Source of the DNA: Monocercomonoides exilis PA203
Taxonomy: Eukaryota > Protista > Preaxostyla
Reading direction: 5' to 3'
Assembly: GCA_001643675.2 (NCBI GenBank)
Contig: LSRY02000017.1
Span: 1,178,001-1,242,000 of the forward strand
DNA: 64,000 bases
Made by a program: the position numbers and the translations under genes. This document shows, piece after piece, positions 11,400 through 20,828 of this stretch. A model generated the notes under the pieces. The model worked only from the letters and a program-made list of their open reading frames with translations, did not search any database and was not told the DNA's origin. Positions within the stretch are counted from its first letter, which is position 1, and every line of letters starts with the position of its first letter.

Positions 11400-13400
11400 A
11401 ACAGCATCATCAAACGAAGATTGTGTTATTCGGGAAACTGCAGTTAATAAGAGCAATTGAATCATTTTCGTAACTTATCTTTTTATTCTTCATGAAAAAT
11501 ACAGTTTTTATTTTTTACTCGATTCACTACATCGTTTCCTATCATTTCTACTTGACATTTCTTTATTCATCTATTGCTTACTGCGTGCTTTTCCAAAGTT
11601 CCTGCTCTTGTTGCTCATGTGTAGAAATCAACATTGAACTCGCCTCAACCATCATTCGTTTTTTGTTCATGTAATTTCTTTCCCTCTTTCATCATCATCT
11701 TCCTCTTTCTCTTGATTATCCTTTTCTTTCGTTTTTGCTTCCTCTTCATTTCACTCTCTCTCCATCATCTCCCTCATCTCCCCCAATTGCAACTGTATCT
11801 TTTCTCCACGAGCTACACATTTTGAGGGGCAAAACTGTTTTTCTTCAGCTCTTCTTTAAATCTGTCCGCTTTTCTCTCTTCTGCTCTCAGCATCAGCAGC
11901 AATTAAACAATGGCGTGCACAGTTCTTCACTCCCTTAAAGTTTGACTCATTCTGAACACTTTATCTATTCCCTTCTGATCCAACTGCTCTCTCCCATGCT
12001 CACTCTCAGAGTCGTTTGGCAGCGCTTCATCGAAGCTTTCTGAGAAGTCTATAAGTTCTATTTTATTGGCCGTTCTGTGAGCGTTGTCAATCAGGAAGAA
12101 TTCAGATTATGGAATACGTTGAGGCTGGGAAGAAGAAGAAGAGGAAGGGAATGAAGGAGAAGGAGCAAATGGTTGAGGAATTGATTATTCCCTCTTTCAA
12201 ATACGTTTCTGGAGGAAGAAAATCATTCTTGTTATTGAGGAGCGCACTCAGTGACTCAGATATGGCTGCTCTGTTGTGCTCGCTGGAATATGAAGTGATG
12301 TGGCTGTTTTGCGCTGCTTTCTCCTGAGGTGGAGAAGCTATGTGCGTTCTTCAGGTAGTGGGTGGAGCATGAAATGGTGGGATCGGTATGGCATAGAGTT
12401 AGTACTGAGGCTATCTATGGAATCTGCAGCAAAGGTGAGTACAGGAAAGAACGCAGTCGAGACAAAGTGGGCAAATGACCTTGCGTTGAGGAGAAGCTGG
12501 ATATGAACACCAATCTTCTTCTTCTTTTTCATCTCTTTCGTTACACTCTCCTTTTCTTCATCCTCTTCATCATCCTCCTCCGTATCTTCTCCTGTTCTTC
12601 TTTTTCCAAACAGCTGCATTCAGATTAAGCAAAGCGCAAGCAGTTATTATTTTCGCTATTTCATTGGCTGTTGGTGAAGCCAGGACGCCAACAAGATTCG
12701 ACACAACGCCCCAGCTCAGCAAACGGAGCAGCAGCTCTTCCTTCGTAACTGTTGGTTCGTTGTTCGCTTCATTATCCTTCTCGTTTCTCTTCTCCTTCTC
12801 CTTCTTCATCCAGCCCTCTTCCTTCAGCAAGCGCCTCGATGATTTCCGACACGTTGTTCCGCACAATCGCCTGTGGCGAGAACATAAGCTCGGACAGCTC
12901 GTAAAACAGCGCTTTGTCGAGAGAGCTGGCAAGCAGCTTGAACGACTTGTTGGTCAGCGAGAGAAGGATGGAAGAAGCCTTGCCACTGTTTTCAGGGCGT
13001 GGTGGGTGCAGCAGGCAGTGGATGAGCTGGAGAATCCGGTGGCGCAGAAATTCAAAGTGGAACTCGACACCGTTGGTGATGAACTTGTTGATCACACAAA
13101 GAGAAGAAGAGACAAGAGGACACCATCGAAAACTGAATGTGATTATATTTGCGTATTTTTGTATAATGAAACGAATGAGCGAAAAAGTGGGGGGGAAAAG
13201 GAAGAAGAAAAAGAATTAAAAAAAGGAAGATAGAAAATATTGAAAAAATTTCCAAAATTAGTTTCTGGCAAACCCCATGAATCTGATCAATTGCTTTGCA
13301 ACAGCGTCATTCAGCAAATAACCTTTATTCACTAAGCAGGATAATTGCATAATCAAAGCCATTAGTCCATCATCATAACAATTCATCATTTGAAAGTGAA
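11400..13400 (-). pseudogene. Cargo fragment: ARM/HEAT-like helical-repeat gene, frameshifted
   Basis: Overlapping ORFs in successive frames (12772-13095, 12570-12932, 12338-12619) with Leu-rich amphipathic helices (LLLRLLSWGVVSNLVGVLASP; SPQAIVRNNVSEIIEALA). Multiple stops toward 11600-11900. Confidence 0.55.
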
Positions 13401-13499
13401 CAAAAAAATTTAAATAAAGATAAATGTTTGTAAAGCAAAATACTGATTAACAAAAATAAATCAAACTATTAATGAAATATATTTTATTTAACAGAAAAA

Positions 13500-15240
13500 T
13501 TCAAAATTTCCATTCAATTCTGGTTTATAACTTGGGACATGTCGTCGAGTTCCCTCAGCAGGCGGATGTTGGCGTAGCAGCAGACTATTAACTGTTCAAC
13601 AGGAGATACACAGCGCAGCTAAAATGGAATGTCCATCGACAGAAAAGCGCCACAAATGACACTGGCACATAAATTAATCACATTCCACTGCTTTTCTTTG
13701 AACGAACGCCCTAAGCTGTGCTTGATGGATGGCAGGTTGGTTGGATAGAGAGAGAGAGAGAGTAGTAGTAGGAGGAGGAGGAGAAAAAAAAGAAGAAGAA
13801 TGTTGCGATGAAATGGGAAATAAAGAAGAAGTGAATGAAGATGATTTGTATGCAGATGTCAACGTTGAGAAAGTGATCGCGTTCGATAATATGCTGCTGA
13901 ATCCTCTTGGATTTTTGATTTCTGGCTGATAAGCTGAGCAAAGCGTGGTTTCAATCGATTCGGGCTTATTCTTCCTTTTATCCCATTCTATTTTTTCTGA
14001 GCCTTTCTAATGTCTTTGTCAAATCCATATTCTTCTTCTTCTTTTTCTTCCTCTTCTTCCTCTTCATTTTTCTCATTATCTATGCATTTATCTGTCAGAC
14101 ACAACGATCTCTTTTCATCTTTATCTCTCACAAACTCATTTGCACTCCTCTTCTCATCCTTCTTCTCTCTCTTCCCCTCCTTCTCCCCACCCACAAGAAT
14201 TCTCAATCCAGCCACATACGCTGCATAGTTCAGAAGGATGCTCTATGGCTCGAACACATCCCTCGTCGCTGAAACACTGCTGCTTGCAAGCACACCTTCA
14301 TTGCCCAATCTGCTCTTCCTGAGAATCGCACGAGGGATCTGCAGAGTCACAAGCGGTGGCAGCGAGAAGGAAGAAATAGAAGAAGAAGAAGAGGAAGAAG
14401 ACATGTTCGATAAAGAGGCAGAGCTTGGGCTAGTCATGTCGAAGGACTTCTGCGTGAGTGAAGAGGAGTTTGCGACTAGAGATGAAGGAGTGAGTGACTT
14501 TGGAGGTGTTCCAACAAGAACAGAAGGGGCAGACAATTGTGTGTGTGGCAAGGGAGAAAAAGTAGGAGTAGTAAATGTTGAGGAGGCTGTGATGTTTTGA
14601 ATGTGTAACTGGGCAGATGAGAGTGTGCTGTCAAACGAGAAAAACGCCTGATGATGTTCATCCATCATCGCCTCCTTCTTCTCTTCCCCAATCCCTCCTC
14701 TTCCTTTCTGTTGCTATCTGTGCAAGTCTTGTATCGAAAGCGTTAATTTGCGATGTGCAAAACTCATCTTTCTTTTTCATTGTCGTCTTCTCCTTTGGCT
14801 CTTCCTGCTGTCTCCCTTTGCTCTGCTCGAAGCTCAATTTGTCACTGTTCTCCGCCTTCTTTGCCTCTTCCATTTGAACTTGAACTTCTCTCTCTTCGCT
14901 TCTTGGAGGTGTCATAAAGCGAGCTGATGAACGCAATGTGCCTTGAAGCTCCTTCCCCCTTCCGCCGCCATTTCTCATTCGATGCCCATTCGCCTCATCC
15001 ACCCTGTTCAGCACAGCTGGAGCGCGGAAGCCGTATGAAGTGCTGAAGTAGAGCGGAATGCTCTGTTGCGGAAGGGGAAAGAAGTCCAGATGCACGTTCA
15101 GCAATCCAACAGAAGGCATCTACAGTGATGTTGTTGCTGTTGAGAGAAGGCAAATCGAATGAAATATCACTTGCTGGTCAATTCAATCATGATTGAACAT
15201 CTCATGATCATTCGAAGGAAGATGGAATGATCCTGTAGGA
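13500..15240 (-). pseudogene. Cargo fragment: Ser/Glu-rich gene fragment, frameshifted
   Basis: Consecutive minus-strand ORFs 14658-15119, 14243-14668, 13988-14215 and 13674-13941, broken by stops or frameshifts. May be the upstream part of the 11400-13400 gene. Confidence 0.5.
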
Positions 15241-15683
15241 AGTGAGATGAAGCAGCAAAGAAGAGGAATGTTAAGAAGGCGAGATGACTGAAAATTTCAA
15301 AATAATCCAATGACAATAACGAAAAAATAGTCGAAACGACTTCACTTGATGTTGCAGATAGAACACATATTTTTTATTTCATAAGATGATTCGAGATAGA
15401 GGAAATAATCCAAATACAATTATTTTGGCTGATGTTCTGTTATTGATCAATAGAGCTTCATTTCTTCAAAGTCATTTGCCTTCTTTTTGTGACTTTCTCC
15501 TTTCTCTTCAAAAAATAGAAAATGTTAATATCTCTCAATTTCCTTTCCTTTCAATTTTTCCTCTTCCTTTCAGCTCTCACTATTCTCTGAAAAATACCAA
15601 CCCCCTCCTTTTCTTCATCTTTTTCATACTCTTCTAAAAAATATTCTTCTCCTCTAAAAAAATACCCCTCTTCCGATCAAACA

Positions 15684-16585
15684 TTTCTCAATTTCCTTCT
15701 TCTTTCCCGCTTTCGCCCTCTTCTCTTTCTCTTCAAAATCCATTTCTCCAGTTAGTCTCAAATATCTTCCTCACTATCCTTAGTAACTTCTCAACATATT
15801 CACTATATTATCTTCTCCGAATTTCCACTTGCTCTTCTCCATCCCTTTGTCTCAGAATTTCTTCTATTCAAAAATCTCTCTCGAAATATTAGCATTCAAA
15901 AGAACACTCAACTCTCACCCCCTGCTACAAATAATCCTCTTCCATCTCTTCTCTGCCCCATATATCTCCCGTGCCTGGTGTTGATGAGATAAACCTCAAA
16001 TACTTTTTTGAATGTTTGAGAATATTATTAAAGGAGAAGATCATGCCAAAAACAGAAAAAACACCTCTGGACATCCACCACAATGTGAACGGGCTGAGAA
16101 GACTCTCCAGTGAGATATATGAATTATTTTGTGGAGAAGGCTGCAATGTTGCGATTAGACCACTCAGAAGATGATGCGTTGAGGACAATATTTAAATGAT
16201 GATAAATGTGGAGATGAGACTGTTGAAAAAATACAGATGTTGAGCAGTTTGATATATATTTATTTTTCTTAATATGAATATTTGCCTGTTGAATGTTTTT
16301 GTTTCATTTTCAGGGCAGCCAGAGGAAATGAATGAAAATGAATGAAAGGGGATATCTCGAAATGCAGGATAACGGTGGAGTTTGGAGAGAGAATTCATAT
16401 GGAAAGTGTGCTTGATGAATGGATTGGGAATGAAATTGGAGATAGTTATTTCTAACGAAGCTGATTGGATTTGAAAAGAAAACAAAAGCCTTATTATTTT
16501 TTGATGCACAAAAGAAAATACATTTGAGGGACATTAGACAACTGAAAAGGATGGTTGACGAACCGGTTGCAAAAACTGTTTAAAT
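15684..16585 (+). pseudogene. Possible degenerate tyrosine recombinase
   Basis: FLLLSRFRP (Arg 15714-15716), NGLR (Arg 16097-16099), LDHS (His 16161-16163) and QY (Tyr 16189-16191) have R...HxxR...H...Y spacing once frameshifts are allowed. Putative GT-AG intron at 16247-16313. Confidence 0.3.
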
Positions 16586-17140
16586 TTTATTGTTTTTAAC
16601 AAACATGTTTTGATAATCAAAATCAATTTAAAATTTCTTTTCAAAGACTCGCTTAACATATAATTATGTTAATTTTTTGGATGATAATATTGTGGAAAAT
16701 ATTGTATTTATGCTTTATTGAAGATTGAAAGGATGTTTTGCTTTTTTTATTGAAGAAACGTTATTTTTTCGATAAGTTTATTCTATTTTTTCAAAATTTG
16801 AAATAAAACTATATAACAACAAAAAATGTCTATTAATAAATAATAATAACTTCAAATAAAGCAACATTTTCGTACAATTTTAATAAAAAATATTATTATC
16901 ACCCCTCACCCTTAATGAAATTAATTTTTGATCAAACGTCGGAATTTTTTATGATATAAAAAAAAATCACCCACATTAATATCCTCCAACTGCACTAAAT
17001 TAATCAGCCTAAAAGTCACAATCAAAATTCATTAAGGATAAAATGATATATTGATTATTATTCATTACACACTTTAAAACTATATTTATATATATGATTT
17101 GTTATATGATCTCAAACGAGGGTTCAATTCTTGGCGAAAG

Positions 17141-17503
17141 AAAGCGAGTTCTTATTATTTGAATATAAAAAATATAATTGTGGGATTGATCAAATTATTC
17201 AATTTCATAATTTATTTATTTTTAATGTTTTATTTCTTAAAATTTTATTTTTAAAATAGGGCAATATTATAATGAACAACCTCTCAGCTGCTTATTGTTT
17301 CAAAATTATCAGATTTTATCTATATTTTAGAAAAATACCAGTGTTAATGGGTGATTTTATGAAATAGTTTTTTCTCAAGAATAAAAAAGAATTTCAAAAA
17401 TCCAGTCCATACAAATGTTTTATTATTAAATCTTCTTTTTATATATCATAATGTTTTAATGAATAATCAAGAATTGGAAAAGGACCTTAAATACACCTAT
17501 GCC
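17141..17503 (-). repeat. Right terminal inverted repeat (363 bp)
   Basis: Reverse complement of 6680-7042; ends ...ATACACCTATGCC. Confidence 0.95.
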
Positions 17504-17511
17504 TTTGAGCG
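17504..17511. repeat. Right target-site duplication TTTGAGCG
   Basis: Identical to 6672-6679. Confidence 0.9.
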
Positions 17512-17816
17512 TTCAGAACAATTTATGGGGGAAAATATGGACTTTCAAGCTTTTTTTGCACAAAGCATGAAAAAATTGTTTTTCTTATAACATTTTGAAA
17601 CCCAACCAGATTTCAAATAAATTTGATTTTCATTTTTTTGAGCAAACATCATTGATAAAATGACATTATGTTGTGTGACATCACATGCATTTAAAAAAAC
17701 AAACCCATTTATAACAAATTTTTTGATCACAAAAAGTTCATCTCAGGTGCATAATTTTTCAATGAAAATGCCTGAAGTCAAATATTTTGTCCCATATATA
17801 AAAAAAAGAGTAATTA

Positions 17817-18174
17817 CAGTTTGTGCAAAAAATACCGGACAAGATCGATATCTCAACAACCGCAAGAAGAAAAATTCTGTTCATTTTCCTCAAAAAACAT
17901 TTCATTAATACAAACTCATTTGATATGCAAAACTATCAAAATAGCTTCATTTGTGCTGAGAAAATATAATTTAGAAAATTTCTAAAAAATTTTAAATTCA
18001 GTTTCTCCGAAATTTTCAATATTATTTTTTCCGAGCATAAACGAGGAAGTCATGAAAGTCTTGTATGCCACGTGAGTTTGTATTAATGAGATGTATTTTG
18101 AGGAAAATGAACTGAATTTTTCTTCTTGTGGTTATTGAGATATCGATCTTGTCCGGTATTTTTTGCACAAACTG
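17817..18174. mobile_element. Tc1/mariner-type MITE (358 bp, ~102-bp TIRs, TA TSD)
   Basis: TA|CAGTTTGTGCAAAAAATACCGGACAAG...CTTGTCCGGTATTTTTTGCACAAACTG|TA. Arms 17817-17918 and 18073-18174 have a few mismatches. A TA duplication with a CAGT terminus is the Tc1/mariner signature. Confidence 0.8.
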
Positions 18175-18391
18175 TACCAAAAATATTTTGTGTGTTCGTT
18201 TTTTCATAAAACTAAAGAACATAATGAAAGAACATATTTATTGTTATTGTTATTATTGTTTTCAAATTCGAGATTGCATTTTCTGTATTGTTGAAAATGT
18301 TGTATTTTAATAAAAATACCAAAGAAGCAAACCATACTTATTGAATGAAATTTTTATTATTTTAAATGGCTAAAAATCAATGCTTACATGA

Positions 18392-20296
18392 ATGGCTTAT
18401 AAGTTTGAAAGTTTTAGTTCATCTTTGATTTTTCTTGTTTATGGAGATAAAGATAAATTTCATATATTTGCTGAAAGTGACTGTGCTTGCAACAACAAGT
18501 CTTTGAATGAAGGAAGGAAATCATTGAGCTTGATATGTTCAAGTGAACTAATGCAATTAATGATTTCTTCATTTTCCAAAGATCTCAACACACTTTTGAC
18601 AAAATACAAAGACGAAGAGAAAAATTATTATTGCATTGTAAATATACTTGAAGAAGTAGCTTTTAAAGGAGCAGTATGCATTGGAACCGATAAAGTTAAC
18701 ATGTTTCGCTTTAGCTTGGAAAAAGAAGGGATTTTAAAAAATATTCAAAACCAATTGATTGGATTGTGCAATAGTTCAAATGATCTTAATAACCCAGGAA
18801 TCCTTTCATTAGCTCGTGCATATGGATTATTATACAAAGCAGTTCCGCTTCACAGGCAATTAAGAAATGATGTTGTAGAACTGATGCTGCAATTTCTCCA
18901 AAAATGTATTGAGAAAGAATGCTTTGATTCAATATTTCTTAAGACAGTTGTGGCTCTTGAATGCATTAGCGAACACCCAACTCACATTCGGAGTATGAGA
19001 TCACATAACGCTATTGATGTTATTCTTTCTCTGTTGGAGTATATTCAGTCACATTTTATTTTTGAAGGTCATATTTCCACAACAGGAACTGAATCTTTCT
19101 TGAAGGAAAAAATTATTGATCTTCCTCTTGTTCTGTACAGTTGCGCACAAATTATATGTAATGTTGGCAATTGGGATTCTTGCAGATTAGCGACAATTGA
19201 TGGTGAAGTGAGTCTTTCTTCAATTTTCGCGGCCTCTTTCAGCTGTTTATTGAAATATGATACAGAATCAATTGTTCAAGCATTCGTTCCTGAGGAACAA
19301 AATGAAGAATGGTCAAATACACATAAAAGTGAAAGCACAAAATCAGTTGAAGTTACGAACGAAATTAAATTACTCGTTACAACACATCTTTTTGACATGT
19401 TACAGCACCTGTCGAACCTGCCCCATCCGATGCAACACATTTTGCTGTCAGATCAGAAGTTTATTCAAATTACACTGGAAATTGCTGCACCAAGACTTTT
19501 TGATGAATTTCCTGTTGGAATAAAACTATCGCCATTGGTTCTGACAAACAACAAAATTCGCTTTTCTGCTCTTTCCTTTTTGAAAAAGTGCATAGAAAAA
19601 TGCAAACTTCACACGCTTTTCCAACTTTTGAATTTACCTGAAGAGGAAATAAATAAAAATGAGGTAGTATTAAAGGAAGAGAATATCGAGAAAATCAATG
19701 AAAGAAGCGACGAAAGTCAAGAAATGGAAACGACACAATCATCAGATGACAGCTGCTTTGAGAAGGAGCAGGAGCAGGAACAAGATCAAGACTCGGAGCA
19801 AGAGAAAGAGAAAAATGCTGATGAAGGATTGACCGTTGCTGCTCTTAAACCAATCTCGGAAAAAAGAGGAAGAACAACTTTTGGCTCTTATCTTCCTGAA
19901 GGAAGGCGAGAAAAAAACAAAAAAAGAATTGTTTTTGACAATTTTTATTTGCCCTTGATGAATATTTCCAAGCAAAAAGGAAGCTCAACAGAACCCGAGC
20001 TGAATCTGATAGAGAGAGTTCTGAAGATAACTGCGGATCGCGGAGATGCCGATTTGGATGAAGTGTGGATGTCGCTGATGATTGTGGGCACAATATTCAT
20101 CAGGGCAATACAAGGGAGGAGAACAGAGAAAGTTAAGCCGTGGCGTTTTGTGCAGAGGAGAGTAAGGGAAATTATGGAAGAGGAAGGAATGATCGATGTC
20201 TGCCTGATGCATCTGTACAGTGCTGATGATAGTGTCTCTGCTGCTGTGCTGAATTGCCTCACTGGAGCGAATGTGAATGTGGGACAGCATTTCTAA
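18392..20296 (+). CDS. Hypothetical protein (634 aa), helical, possibly ARM-like
   Basis: Long uninterrupted ORF, ATG to TAA; no recognised motif. Confidence 0.75.
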   Translation: MAYKFESFSSSLIFLVYGDKDKFHIFAESDCACNNKSLNEGRKSLSLICSSELMQLMISSFSKDLNTLLTKYKDEEKNYYCIVNILEEVAFKGAVCIGTDKVNMFRFSLEKEGILKNIQNQLIGLCNSSNDLNNPGILSLARAYGLLYKAVPLHRQLRNDVVELMLQFLQKCIEKECFDSIFLKTVVALECISEHPTHIRSMRSHNAIDVILSLLEYIQSHFIFEGHISTTGTESFLKEKIIDLPLVLYSCAQIICNVGNWDSCRLATIDGEVSLSSIFAASFSCLLKYDTESIVQAFVPEEQNEEWSNTHKSESTKSVEVTNEIKLLVTTHLFDMLQHLSNLPHPMQHILLSDQKFIQITLEIAAPRLFDEFPVGIKLSPLVLTNNKIRFSALSFLKKCIEKCKLHTLFQLLNLPEEEINKNEVVLKEENIEKINERSDESQEMETTQSSDDSCFEKEQEQEQDQDSEQEKEKNADEGLTVAALKPISEKRGRTTFGSYLPEGRREKNKKRIVFDNFYLPLMNISKQKGSSTEPELNLIERVLKITADRGDADLDEVWMSLMIVGTIFIRAIQGRRTEKVKPWRFVQRRVREIMEEEGMIDVCLMHLYSADDSVSAAVLNCLTGANVNVGQHF

Positions 20297-20828
20297 AGAA
20301 AAGGTTCAGGCTTCTCTCGCCAATCATCATTGCTTCAGCAATATTTATATGCAATTAGGGTTATTTATATTTTTATGAGAATAGCAATGATTCATATAAG
20401 AATTACTGGCAATGAGTGTGTGAGTATGCCGATACAATTTCTATGTATTGTAAAAGTGATCTCTGGCGAAGCGTCAATGAATCTAATGAAACATCCCCCA
20501 TTAACTTCGTTTCCGGCTTCTTTTTATTTGAAATATTGAAAACTTTCTTTTTTTTACTTTTTTCTTTTTTTTTTTTTTCATTAAAAAATTATATTTGAAT
20601 TGGCTTTTTAATTGAAATTTATCGTAAATAATTTAGTTTTAATAAGAAAGTATTATTTCTCTTTTGATTTAATTTATGCAAAGAGTTTAAACAATGAAGA
20701 ATGAAAACTCAATGCAGCAACCATCAAAATTTGAATATTTTTTATTGTATGTTCTTCAAAAAAAAAACTTGAAAATTGAATAAAATATGCTCAATAAAGA
20801 AATACGTCACGTTCCTTTTTTGTCAATT

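Larger units (their letters stand above)
6680..17503. mobile_element. 10.8-kb non-autonomous TIR DNA transposon carrying captured gene fragments (Pack-type; Merlin/IS1595-like or Mutator-like ends)
   Basis: 363-bp TIRs starting GGCATAGGTG, a perfect 8-bp TSD, no intact transposase ORF, and an interior of pseudogenised fragments of unrelated genes. Confidence 0.88.

Noticed and set aside
6680-17503. Maverick/Polinton or endogenous virus
   Set aside because: No pPolB, integrase, packaging ATPase, protease or capsid ORFs, and the TSD is 8 bp rather than 5-6 bp.
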